Shown here: positions 32,101 to 38,798 of the stretch, in pieces
How the letters are laid out: each line of letters starts with the position of its first letter
Position numbering within the stretch: the first letter of the stretch is position 1
Virus record (IMG/VR): IMGVR_UViG_3300042298_003052
Span: 32,001 to 96,000 of that record
Strand: one strand, 5' to 3'
DNA length: 64,000 nucleotides
DNA from: a virus
Position numbers and translations under genes: made by a program
Notes under the pieces: model-generated
What the model saw: the letters and a program-made list of their open reading frames with translations, nothing else
What the model was told of the DNA's origin: nothing
Database searches by the model: none

Positions 32101-35100
32101 GGTAAGCTCACCTGATTTTTCAAGTTCTTTAACCATGCTCCCCATATCCTTACCTTTTAATACTTCTTGCACTAATCGGTTATTTCCTACGTCATATACT
32201 TGAGGAGCTAATTCTGGGCCTACTGCTCTAAGAGCTTCGGCCTCAGGCTGCATCATTTTCTTAGTTAAGAGATTTAATGGATAGGGAGCATCCTTAAATT
32301 GTTCATAATCAACCCATTCGGGAGCACCTATTTTATTCATCTTAAAACCCTTTTCACGGGCTTGATCAGTAAAAATGATTCCGTTTACACCTTCACCGAG
32401 TACTTGGGCCTCGGCAGGGTTTAGATAACCGGATACAGCGGTTCCTCGTTTGTGTTGTTTGTTTAATTGAGCTAAATATTCCATCTGCTCAGGTTTAAAT
32501 ATAGGTGATTTCTCAGGAAAGTCAGGAGCCACCCCAAAGACTGAGTAGAATTTTTCCACCATATCAATGAGATTATCTGGATCTATTTCGTTACCGTTCT
32601 TCAATGATTGAATTAACGTGTCATATATCGATAAAAACGCTTCTACATCTTGCTTTGCTTGACCTGTTAGATTTTTCATTGATTTTCTCAGATCAGCTTT
32701 TAATTCATCATAGTTATACTCTATGTCAGACTTTTCTTGAGAATCGCCATAAGTTTTTCTTAATCGTCCCTCGGGAGTAACAAAAGTGTATTTGCCTGCT
32801 TTTTGTTCTTCGACAGCAGTGGGATCTCCAATCAAGACTCCTAATGTTCGTCGCATTGACTCTTGTAATCCTACTTGTTCTCCAGGACCGGAGTACATCA
32901 GATTATAAGCACGAACATTAGAAATCGAACGTTGTGTAGCCTGCTTTGCCAAAATGGGATCTATAACTTCTGGAGAAACAATCCGTTGTCTTACCTCATT
33001 AGGCTTAGTACCGCCATCGTATATTTCTCTTAAGATATCAGAGTTAAGTTTATTAGCGATCGCTTTAATTGTACCAGTAGGTAAAACAAATACTTCTTCT
33101 ATACTGGCTAACTCTTTAGTGATAGTATCTTTGTATTCGTCTATACGAGCCTTTATTTCCGTTTCATCTAGACCTAGATCTTTACTTTCTTTTTTAATTT
33201 TTTGTTGTTCCTCTATTTGAGATTTATCTGAGTACCTGTCAGATAAATTAATCAGAAATTCTGCATCGGCTGTTTTAGCAAAAGTTTTAATGTTTTCTAG
33301 TGTGATTTGCGACTCCGTTTTTTCTAATCTTAAGAACTTAGCTACTTCTTCTTGAACTTTAGGATTTTGTATAAATTGTCCTAAACTGTGTCCTGCGCCA
33401 GCACCAGGGATTATGGTTGTTGCTTTACCTGGACGCATAATACCTGACAAATTTTTAATAGTCCCTTCAGGAAGACCATAATCAGTCTCCATCTTTTTCA
33501 TTTCTTTTTCAAGCATTTTTTGATGTTGTTCTGACAATTTACTCATGTCAGAATAACGTTCACCAAATGATGCCAAAAATATAGGATCCATGTCACCTAC
33601 AAAGGCTTTAAAATTTTGAAGAGATGCTGTATTGGTTAAACCGTAAGTTCCCATTGTTAACCCAACACCTTTAGTGTTTTTAGCACCTCCTCGTTCAGCT
33701 ATAGCAGTGGCTTCTTCAGCAGCAAATGTACCACCAGATGTTCCAGCAAAAACGAATTTTTTACCGGGGTATTTTTTCTCGTAAGCCCTTCGTGTAGCTT
33801 CGAGTTTGATAGCGTCAGGGTTATAACCCGCATCTACGGCCATAGAAATAAGTTTTTCAAATTGAGAAGCTTCGTCACTCATTAATTGTTTCTCTAGATC
33901 GCTTCCAGGTGTTACTTGTCCTAATGAACGTAGTAAATCTAATAAAATACTTTTAAATTGTCTAATGGTTTGACCGGATTGTTTGTCATTAGAAAACTTA
34001 TTAGGAACAGGAACGGTAGCAACCTGTTCACCTAATAACTCTTTAAGAAGTACATTCGCGAAATAGGTATTGTCCCCAGGTCTTTCGTAATCATTACCAG
34101 GGATACCACCAGCGATTAATGCAATTGTTTCTTTGTCGTTGATACCTTCAATATCTGGGACATCAATCACTTCAGCTAATTGTTTGGATAGCTCCATAGA
34201 TTGAGCCAGCATTACACGTTTTTGAATACGATACGGTTGGGCGATTGCTCTAACGCCCACACCTGCCACTCTTCTACCACCTTCTGCTACCTCTTCCCAC
34301 GGTGGACGGATGTATTCGTCAATTCTAGATTTGGCACGTTTAGGATCGTTGTAAACTCGAACATCTTCTCCTACACCTACTAACAAATCTTCAAAAGTTT
34401 TTATGTTTCTAACTAACTTTCTGGGATCAAGAAAACTATCTAGTTTGCGTCCCAAATATGCTATGTCATCGCCTACTTCCTTTAAACCTCCTCTGTACCC
34501 AAAAGCTTCGGCTGTTACCATGGCAAGTCCTTTTGTTCGATTATATCCATATCGACCAAAATTATATCCAACTGTTTCGGCATCTGATCCTGTTTTACCC
34601 TCTATATATTTTTGAGCGCCTTTTGCAAAATCGTATGAGAGTGTTTGTCCCATACCTTCCACTGCGCCAGTGATAAACGTTTCAAAAGCCCTAGCTGGTA
34701 AACCAACAATTTTATCGACTAAAGTTTCTTTACTACTTGTATGGATAATTTTTGACATCTTCATCGGCATGTCGTCTTGAGACTTAATGTTCTGTTTGAC
34801 TGACATCGACAAAGCTGATATAGAATTGGCTAAATTCTCATTTGCTATTGTTAGACCTTTATTTTGTAGATGCAATTCTTGTAAAGAATTGTCCAACCGT
34901 AATAAAGATCTGCTTGGTAAGTAAGAATCTTCGTATGAGATTTCAGACGAAGACGTTTCTGTAGTGATTTTTACTTTCTTATCTGTTATACCATCGAATT
35001 GGTTTTTGAAATTACTCAATTCTTCTACATTAGTTTTTGGTGTTAACGGATTATCACCAAAATATTTGTTAACTTCTTTAAGGTGTTCACGCTTTCTCTC

Positions 35101-35307
35101 AATATGTTTATTTAATTTGGCTAAAGGTTCATGATCTACTGTTGGTTTTAATGTTTCTAGTTTAGTTTTACTTGTTATTCCTTTAATATTTCCTTCTATA
35201 TCCTTACCAGCTCGACTCGCAAGTTTTTGAATATCGGCAAGCTGTTTTGTAAACTTGGTATCGTCAAGTCCTAACTCTAAAATTAAACTCCCAAGAGTTG
35301 TTGCCAT
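20089..35307 (-). CDS. Giant multidomain tape measure protein (5072 aa)
   Basis: MATTLGSLILELGLD N-terminus; tape measure core (FTALSQMMDK..AEELRGQLAEALPG, ~26.3-26.9 kb); FAKGGV/FKNGGVV C-terminus; lies downstream of the tail chaperones; embedded enzyme motifs are described in findings. Confidence 0.9.
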   Translation of the reverse strand: MATTLGSLILELGLDDTKFTKQLADIQKLASRAGKDIEGNIKGITSKTKLETLKPTVDHEPLAKLNKHIERKREHLKEVNKYFGDNPLTPKTNVEELSNFKNQFDGITDKKVKITTETSSSEISYEDSYLPSRSLLRLDNSLQELHLQNKGLTIANENLANSISALSMSVKQNIKSQDDMPMKMSKIIHTSSKETLVDKIVGLPARAFETFITGAVEGMGQTLSYDFAKGAQKYIEGKTGSDAETVGYNFGRYGYNRTKGLAMVTAEAFGYRGGLKEVGDDIAYLGRKLDSFLDPRKLVRNIKTFEDLLVGVGEDVRVYNDPKRAKSRIDEYIRPPWEEVAEGGRRVAGVGVRAIAQPYRIQKRVMLAQSMELSKQLAEVIDVPDIEGINDKETIALIAGGIPGNDYERPGDNTYFANVLLKELLGEQVATVPVPNKFSNDKQSGQTIRQFKSILLDLLRSLGQVTPGSDLEKQLMSDEASQFEKLISMAVDAGYNPDAIKLEATRRAYEKKYPGKKFVFAGTSGGTFAAEEATAIAERGGAKNTKGVGLTMGTYGLTNTASLQNFKAFVGDMDPIFLASFGERYSDMSKLSEQHQKMLEKEMKKMETDYGLPEGTIKNLSGIMRPGKATTIIPGAGAGHSLGQFIQNPKVQEEVAKFLRLEKTESQITLENIKTFAKTADAEFLINLSDRYSDKSQIEEQQKIKKESKDLGLDETEIKARIDEYKDTITKELASIEEVFVLPTGTIKAIANKLNSDILREIYDGGTKPNEVRQRIVSPEVIDPILAKQATQRSISNVRAYNLMYSGPGEQVGLQESMRRTLGVLIGDPTAVEEQKAGKYTFVTPEGRLRKTYGDSQEKSDIEYNYDELKADLRKSMKNLTGQAKQDVEAFLSIYDTLIQSLKNGNEIDPDNLIDMVEKFYSVFGVAPDFPEKSPIFKPEQMEYLAQLNKQHKRGTAVSGYLNPAEAQVLGEGVNGIIFTDQAREKGFKMNKIGAPEWVDYEQFKDAPYPLNLLTKKMMQPEAEALRAVGPELAPQVYDVGNNRLVQEVLKGKDMGSMVKELEKSGELTQGVIIQYVEGAAKLLKSLHEKKVTHGDYHAGNIFVMEDGSMKTIDLGAAKVNASKEQIKADAERAPERIEEAFMRILAKVPEGTEKTMELLLKLVKEGKMPLLEGINIQDIFNKAYKEGVGPPTGMRGPTPRDPDAPKTKWQTKKYTQPATEPWMERLSGMNKTLEDMGKPSAKIDPNMAYILGQGAKGIAFINANKDAVYKLAKNAVSMASEAQAMEIAKGVAPDVLASGDDFIIQRAIAGQEGRDYLANKDMTKDDVSAYAKQAGASLRALHEKGVTHGDYHPGNVFVSDEGKVVPIDYGRSIIKPDKMPEFEKLSAKEQEKALEEWAKAIEEDRKEGIRKAWEGIRRVIAKELGRFELIEGLDLESLVAQGYEEGGELGGLRTFDRAPDPTKISSTLVDFINNQVQPNLRLDPETSQRVAERNQRKTRQSQATLGTQSYVANLISPPPTPLPDLREVRSSVTVSTEEAVAIGSEMAISFLQGVGEGLTNIAESTGEAMAIAAETRLVAAVNRIMRRVPGDPDSLDANAPIIEKISDIGPEQIARASALGIEDGAAAIAELAQKSISAATALAQLTKSAGKLLSGAQPAANEFIEGSRKKLSAAKDMITSIQTALVSSEPDESIIQKIKLLAGDDTGNDQGYVNRLLTEVNEAIVAISPQDRMKPLAPNQLANLKSQIVKIENKLRELASFLNDIRSQDADIIDAEIIQDFSNFAELPSLSQQQVRQLTAAQPPPDYQKMVKKISEDFADLRRIVENKKNRYSREEQKIAAAEIIKTADEAWKAIDDLQKVLGDRATTPFTNLARAAKGQATQAKNRANEKINTREIERPDLTRSLGQETIDGYPVGFSDRFNALKAEATRLVETGIIDPMAKGLQTRSPSKVTEYFGKMVVAGLIKGIKSNSDAVKKVLNISSILKELAEDLYLMADMYQGNLRKAFDMSVIKDELTILRDSINEALTLAGQLENTSEAVQSARTAVGRIVNYPNETIVTKYKEDVRSNARRVLTEPPDSDIHPVVHEIPADAKKIIFVSSGFTGTKGRISNEITDKLKPMIPQGTHTIPFENKNFDVSGTLNDVGLTRVVMDAIIMPMKAVRKGINEEALRLAKQAYAVKQERPDVEIGFVGHSAGGFIVREAQEILKNIGIISEALSMGTPLLGAFQAIKSDVISLIGEGDPLKRFTGQKEAIIPNVKGHFSPHYLDESNEIREILTRYLEEGITPSLIARVHELGETIKGLEPGNSGPVMRFDRLRQSQSYQQAYLLKTHTNTIDVKAEEVKNNKIQPLWSVDRNTKDSFDEDMSNEVTRNIGEIIDTLDDITPKARKVFEELVTEIAALSDVEVKEMPTAKNASMQLLGTRAGGAYLPEYNTIFLDDETEEALESLHDIKGLDIPISLKVIEDEVREVYKRLNNNTSDDIYNDYNDELDLAYETVNKKYSNITEDIISLFEAMDTIVHEIRHAAQVGFQKINDPYSRNLLLTPSYNRESDREYARNIAGSVELAKKSAKEQGIDINPHYINKLERDAYGFSHQYTRDIIRSYQRYNNTKTENILPASKNIGSELGSGIAIGINNSSREATNAAMNMAEAVIDITHSTFDIKSPPEWAIKIGRFISEGISNGISDGINYVRESIKSLKTKTVNDIKEWAKTPPEESFMPFSVSGERPEAEIPVIGPAYAFMLDSMESMKNMATFVPKLGRSLGEVFEGLSQNIPAMMSITKGFLFFNYIVVPLVGTLFSFEEAAFQTAVELENMATTINFVSGSASEGAKNIDLIRNKVISLGGDLKSSMQGFAQLGASAQGTRLEGEGTRQIFSAISQAAVVYQMTPEEQQQAFTALSQMMDKTVVSAEELRGQLAEALPGSISVAARAMGVTTQELGKMMQAGEVMAEDLLPKFAQQLSAETAMGVSGSARSAQTAINKLNNEITLFQQGYGNTTIPIRVVGLNIATKGIQILRENVVALSVVFTALLVTISATLVQELAKFFVKFAGMNQTIALIGESFSGLFTRMKQELITFGKSFLTWFAVITVATDVFKIFSKGFGDASGGAKDLADSNKKAWEDYTKTLEDARQKTKEFNEQPSFKVFKESGGVTAIKELFTGGGLGGYVGDIIESVSNIDGSRESYGNVLKSVTGIKQIVDISNSAKKFFEAFKDGIGISSGLERLISGESLLEDTFFGGLIGDKASRIFERGTQSFIGNITDGNDIRDYTDPIGLALGGLKNIGLDLSRTWEDVKAEQADIAINDLQSYSGKIYEEARTTLYPGNKPGQQLQEIIDLDVRLQSAQQELQGTSREDVEKQRDLNEQINNLIAEREKLYIPVGKQLANLQLSEENIKSAIKLRKEELARLGDSEEDNIRRESLQGNIATLESDLKLTKSLIDKINSGIANTVTRLDLLARGFRLVNAEMENAYYNLEMRSAQKNALLMRSVAPGNSGLLEGTQNLVQQQMTSEKIAINRDSLQKLETIAYDPEYIKALENANLAMNATAADIQAAIDNIGEDSSLSKTLTNLVEVRQKFEQTGLETDQLVAELETTKRQLEEQLWQMGRQLEDMLIEVGQQTEEIAHSFKEFENDRKVANASNTITRTMGKLRTDHFSGMMNILERFINVIGEQLKSTSDFLKQKMDVMNQLFNTLRQNEQFALSIPQIDQGVIGSQGTNGRNVASPLMGQSIESLVSYKPTEGQSFRAGRTRNGRQEYHAGIDWDSKVGGGRGADVAAPFSGTARVIDIAEQKGDRGNAVQVRITTQDAKGIPIDLQFNHLELESVKKALGIGIGENTNVSMGQLVGEVIQHHLDMKVKVNGQFVDAQQWLAAMNAGGGVARNLQGVNVNINPISQPASRTAQSTPQQSGVEMFRNYAPVASRVASMGPGRIPMGGTVRTAERVQSDPAGAQAMIAAAQRLGLDPREFAALMSWESAGSFNPNIRGGDNNLYKGLIQFSPDNQRKYGTNTQQSIAQQMPAIERYLLDRGFRPGEHDIRHAYSAILAGQAGESYWNRKDSNQTTVRNAAPRFRQGDHRQRAEQFLRDSGIGMNELMSEKEQFERFMREGYALTEKKDYQSALINFRRAEELRPDNKYTTQAISNVTGYINRSRPTTTSSSATTLDVSSYTQSSNQLLSENQKYVNMLQQNANDQIKLIEQMKALADERFDAQIDSMFSEVNREGITAKRGTEDAKLQQERQDRDRKYQSIPEFRMTPEIQLEYDLDMASRDIEDRRIELQRQIEDAQNDIDAVTQLLETMPNQLIEAGAKEEDVRRIEEGFREIISQKQPLIDILRKNLADLTAMEGEALLKISEEYKMEEERRYMEFINQLTELTGENLRQQAELLRNDGEQALAEELEKQADAADIIQKEKEYQFGLKEQLNSGLDRDRYDQLLAESIKRQILALEILGYNIDRNTEQLRLNNSSFLLEQRAANVEALTPLLNRTGEAGNARDLSYEIEALKIQQDLESQIFDLYEGSKGLTEETRERSRLLIEETAQLKLQTLELEQALQVRADQIEQSRNPLVGPGGVTDLMGAQDAYLGAFGASPTEAMKQERLPFLLDMQRLDYQNAILELEKLKNAGKLTDEGFKAMSESLSKINDIKMDQIRQEASMLPDVIKNVRGPVQGLFSDLMKGTKTVGEAFNDFVNGLIDNLMNLAAEMLTNNLFAGIFGGAAGISSDTGNGIIEMLFGTSRSRSPEEDPNVLMQTPRYNPLLQGAMDYSSYLFPSTGEIRDPSLTEYGKSLFGASTEDVTLTTGAEQASASLRLGGEMVLSSLQLGAQAIQQAAVSIQTPNALGTISEGLFDLGGFDLTFENGAQSIQSAIEAGADRGGAQLGSVVMGVFSGSSSTAVSKGGFSIGGVFQSLLSTILGMFFKDGGVIKTDTGLGIENFAKGGVIGRSQSTLDKLASTEAIGQALKREGNPKARLAVVSPGEWVLNRQQQAIAKRYGVDENVLNFKNGGVVGGSFSTPAIKAPSGGSTSVTVPITINSDGNNPEKDNKAARDLSQKVRAAVFQVLTEQKRPNGLLY

Positions 35308-35330
35308 TATAAAAAATGATATGTGTAACG

Positions 35331-35374
35331 ATAAAGTGTTTGGTTCAATTAATCACACGAACCAAACACTTTAT
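35331..35374. promoter_or_regulatory. Perfect 16-bp stem hairpin just upstream of the tape measure gene
   Basis: ATAAAGTGTTTGGTTC-N12-GAACCAAACACTTTAT. Confidence 0.6.
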
Positions 35375-35413
35375 TAGCTCTAAAGATCCGTGGTGAATCT
35401 ATCGTATGCTGTC

Positions 35414-35806
35414 TTATTGAGGTTTGACTTCAGGAACGACTTTAGGTTGTGGTTTTTTGACTTCTTTTCTCTTAAGGATAGAAGTAAAGTCTTCTCCAGC
35501 TAAAGCAGCTTTCACCGTTACAACGCACTTACCGCCTTCTATTGATGTCGTAACAGATTCGACACCCTCCAAGGTTACACCAGCGTGTTTAACGATGTCG
35601 CCTTCTTCATCATGAGAAAGAACAAAACGGCTATAAGGATTATAAACTTCTGATCCCAGTTCCGCTTTGAAAACGACATAAGGAACGCCGTCAACGTCTT
35701 CTTTTTCAACACTTGTTACATTATCAAGTACAGATTCTCCGTGACGAATCTGTTTACCGTCATCAGTATGGACAAGTTCAAATTTGCTTTGTAACAGATC
35801 AGCCAT
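35414..35806 (-). CDS. Hypothetical protein with internal duplication
   Basis: Start at MADLLQSKF (35806), overlapping the upstream stop; two related ~45-aa units. Confidence 0.65.
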   Translation of the reverse strand: MADLLQSKFELVHTDDGKQIRHGESVLDNVTSVEKEDVDGVPYVVFKAELGSEVYNPYSRFVLSHDEEGDIVKHAGVTLEGVESVTTSIEGGKCVVTVKAALAGEDFTSILKRKEVKKPQPKVVPEVKPQ

Positions 35807-36215
35807 CTTTGATATACCTCTCGCGTATCTCAGGAATAGTTTGTAGGAAAGCGGCAACAGCAGGAGGTATTCGCTTATCCTTAAGCAACCGATAGACAAT
35901 AGATCTCGTCTTACTACTAAATACAGTCTTCTCCGTGCCTTGTTTCATAAGATCAGGAAAAGGCACGATGTCTTCTGGCTTTATTTGTTTAGAGTCCTTA
36001 CCTGCAAAACCATTAAACAGACCAGACCAACCGATCGCATGAGTTATGGATTTTACATTGATGTCTTGTCTATACGCCTCCTCATAGAATTTAAGCGTCT
36101 CAAATATCAACGCTGGATTCTCATCACCAAAATGTTCGTAATCTAGACGGGGGTCGGTACAACCGAGATATTGGAGTCTGAGATATATGTCTCCCCACTC
36201 AATAATAGCGATTCC
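35799..36215 (-). CDS. Tail assembly chaperone C-terminal (T) segment, reached by -1 frameshift
   Basis: The -1 frame is open from the slippery GGGGGAA (36212-36218) and reads GIAIIEWGDIYLRLQYLG...; it has no ATG near its 5' end. Confidence 0.75.
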   Translation of the reverse strand, partial: GIAIIEWGDIYLRLQYLGCTDPRLDYEHFGDENPALIFETLKFYEEAYRQDINVKSITHAIGWSGLFNGFAGKDSKQIKPEDIVPFPDLMKQGTEKTVFSSKTRSIVYRLLKDKRIPPAVAAFLQTIPEIRERYIKDG

Positions 36216-37003
36216 CCCATTTCTTCTACAATCTCCTCATTTCCTTCAGGAAGAGCATTTTCATTAACCGCTTCCCCTGCCTCTACTTGATAGAACTGAT
36301 AAAGTTGAGCGATAAGCTCTTCTCCAATAAGTTCAGAAGTGTCATCAGTAGTCCAATCAGAAAAACCTACCTTGATCTGAGAAGTATCGCGATCGCACAG
36401 ATAACCCACGCTCTTTACAGTCAATGGAATAGGCAGATCCTCAACCATCAACGTTTCAGAACCATAATTAGCATAGTCTCGTACTTTGACAATATAATCG
36501 TCGAATCGTACTAGATCTCCTGATCCAATAGGATTTGTCAAAGGTTCTACAGACAGCTTACGTGATCCTGCTTCAGCGTTCTTAGTCAAGATGACAGGAA
36601 TAGCCGCTCTATATTTCAACATATAGGTAGCGGCCCTGATAGATAGGGTACGAGTGTCTTCTTGAAGTCGGAACATTACCTCTAGAGTTTCATCGTCCAG
36701 AGCGTCCATAAAGGTTTCACCTGTATCGATCTGAACGTCGCCTTGTTCACCACCTTGTAGGCTTTCTAGATATTTACGAGTCTCTGCGATCGACTCATTA
36801 CGTTCTTTTGCTAGTTCTTTGACTCTCGCATTATAGGCCACAAAAAACTTGCGGCGATTTCGTTCAAGTGTTTGGTAATCAACAGGGCTCTCCGACGGAG
36901 AAATATAACCTCGCTTTAATAGAAACACGGTACCTGTTAGTTCATTGCCGACAGGAACCATAACAATTTTTGGTTTCTTTGCAAGAAACGGAATTACTTT
37001 CAT
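36143..37003 (-). CDS. Tail assembly chaperone (G segment)
   Basis: Between the tail tube and tape measure genes; acidic C-terminus containing ATG GGG GAA. Confidence 0.7.
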   Translation of the reverse strand: MKVIPFLAKKPKIVMVPVGNELTGTVFLLKRGYISPSESPVDYQTLERNRRKFFVAYNARVKELAKERNESIAETRKYLESLQGGEQGDVQIDTGETFMDALDDETLEVMFRLQEDTRTLSIRAATYMLKYRAAIPVILTKNAEAGSRKLSVEPLTNPIGSGDLVRFDDYIVKVRDYANYGSETLMVEDLPIPLTVKSVGYLCDRDTSQIKVGFSDWTTDDTSELIGEELIAQLYQFYQVEAGEAVNENALPEGNEEIVEEMGESLLLSGETYISDSNISVVPTPV

Positions 37004-37079
37004 TGGGAAAAATTAGAAACTTTATAGACAATAATATATTGCTCTTTTACTGTAAATAATAAAAATAGCGAAACACAGG

Positions 37080-37334
37080 TTAAACAACTTGGATGATCGC
37101 ACGTTTAGCAAAGTTTAATCCGTCATGATCTCCCATAGCGATCATAATAGACTCGTTAACCGCTTCTTGCGGAACCTCTATAGTGATAACTTCTTTTCCT
37201 TCTCCAGTTCTTAGTGGTACTATTGGTGGTGTATTCGCCGCATAGTAACCAAAGCCGTAATAAACACCTTCATCTGCTATACGACAATTAATAAGACATA
37301 TCGCAGTTCCCGAATATAAAATATCGTATTCCAT
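37080..37334 (-). CDS. Hypothetical protein
   Basis: ORF in the tail operon. Confidence 0.55.
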   Translation of the reverse strand: MEYDILYSGTAICLINCRIADEGVYYGFGYYAANTPPIVPLRTGEGKEVITIEVPQEAVNESIMIAMGDHDGLNFAKRAIIQVV

Positions 37335-37345
37335 CTCAGCGCATT

Positions 37346-37384
37346 AAAAACGTCCTCCACCAGTATAAACCAGTGAAGGACGTT
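37346..37384 (-). terminator. Rho-independent terminator after the tail tube gene
   Basis: AACGTCCTTCAC / GTGGAGGACGTT stem plus a T-tract on the minus strand. Confidence 0.65.
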
Positions 37385-37402
37385 CTGTATATAACCTAAC
37401 GC

Positions 37403-38359
37403 TTACGCGCCCAGAGGAGGCGTATAGACGTTAGACAGAGGATCGAACGCGCCAGTAGGTGCAGTATACTTGAAGGAGGAACCTTGGAACTGAAGGTCAG
37501 CCTGCACTGTAATAAGGTCTTGTACAGGTGAACTTTGATTACCAGAGGTCAAAATGGCAGCTCCAGCAAATTCTTCACCAAAGGGGCGTCTGAGGGTAGC
37601 GTAAATTTCAGAACCAAAGAAGCGATCGTCGTAAAGAATCTTCATGAGAAGATCAGCACCGGGATCGCCAATAATTCTTTGGAAAGTGAATGACATGGTT
37701 CTGTTACTACCTGTAGTAACCATTTCCATACCACTACCACTGAGGAAGTTGGCTGCGTCAACAGTCTTGGGCTGAGAAGACGGAGAAGCGTCAGTGGCAC
37801 CAGCGATGTAAACGGTAGCTGTAGTTTTAGCTGTATGGTTTTCAACAGCTAAAACAGTAGTAGGTTGAACTTGTAGACGTGTAGCGCCAGCAGGAGCAAA
37901 ATCGCTTACCGTTACACTATACGCACCATTGTTAAATGTCAGTTTCTCACCAGGATAGATATTGGTGGGAAGGGTCGTAACAGGTAACACTTCACTACCG
38001 ACAGTCAGCACAGAGGCGTCTACAGTACCAGCAGTGGAAGCAGGAATAGCTGCTGACAACGGGTACAAAAGAGTTACCGCTGTAGCACCAGTCACCGCTG
38101 TGCTAGTACGAGCTTCAACACCGTTTGCAAAACGAATCTTGGAAAAAGCAGGAATAGTGGCAGTAGCAGCAAGTGTCAACGAAGTGGCACCTTTAGCTGT
38201 AGGAGCTGCCGAAGTGGTAACGTTGATCGCAGCAGTAGCCGCTCCTACAGTAACAGTATATTCCGTAGGTACCCGAGTACCTTTAGGAAGAAGCACAAAC
38301 CGAAGTTCTGTAAATACGCTAGTGCCTCGTTCGCTAGCGTAGTTGATAATTTGTCCCAT
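37403..38359 (-). CDS. Major tail tube protein
   Basis: Ala/Thr-rich insertion, beta-rich core, strong AGGAGG RBS, terminator downstream, canonical position. Confidence 0.7.
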   Translation of the reverse strand: MGQIINYASERGTSVFTELRFVLLPKGTRVPTEYTVTVGAATAAINVTTSAAPTAKGATSLTLAATATIPAFSKIRFANGVEARTSTAVTGATAVTLLYPLSAAIPASTAGTVDASVLTVGSEVLPVTTLPTNIYPGEKLTFNNGAYSVTVSDFAPAGATRLQVQPTTVLAVENHTAKTTATVYIAGATDASPSSQPKTVDAANFLSGSGMEMVTTGSNRTMSFTFQRIIGDPGADLLMKILYDDRFFGSEIYATLRRPFGEEFAGAAILTSGNQSSPVQDLITVQADLQFQGSSFKYTAPTGAFDPLSNVYTPPLGA

Positions 38360-38372
38360 GTAGAGTTTCCTC

Positions 38373-38798
38373 CTAAACAGTGATTAAGTTAACGACTTTG
38401 ACAGCTTCCAACAGAAAAGTCCGTTGTGGAAATTGATCCTCAGTTACTTCCACGGCTCTTTCCCGATGAAGGGGGAAACGCCTACGGATTTTGTCGATCG
38501 CACTATCCCATTTGGCTAATCCTGAAGAGGAATAGTCATTATTGATAAGTGTTACTCGCCAATACATGCGCTGGATAGCCTGAGGTACACCAACGCAAGG
38601 TTTTTGTGGTTGTAGAACATCTTGATTACGCGCAACCACAATCTTTACACCGGAAAAAGTGCGTTTGGAAGGAATGAAGGGAGGTTCCACCCAAAACGCT
38701 TTTGTTCCGTCATCAAATGTTCCAAGTTCGTTATTCAACAAAGATCTTAGATCTGTTACTAACGCTGATATATCGTTAGGAGTTTTTATCGCGTTCAT
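38373..38798 (-). CDS. Tail completion/terminator-like protein
   Basis: Size and position immediately before the tail tube gene; GGAGG RBS. Confidence 0.5.
   Translation of the reverse strand: MNAIKTPNDISALVTDLRSLLNNELGTFDDGTKAFWVEPPFIPSKRTFSGVKIVVARNQDVLQPQKPCVGVPQAIQRMYWRVTLINNDYSSSGLAKWDSAIDKIRRRFPLHRERAVEVTEDQFPQRTFLLEAVKVVNLITV

Noticed and set aside
20131-34673. Many short plus-strand ORFs opposite the tape measure gene
   Set aside because: Antisense shadows with no motifs or RBS
36108-36110. Independent TTG start for the 103-aa ORF
   Set aside because: The frame is open upstream to the slippery site; better explained as the frameshifted T segment
37962-38342. 126-aa Ala/Val-rich plus-strand ORF
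   Set aside because: Antisense shadow of the Ala/Thr-rich tail tube gene
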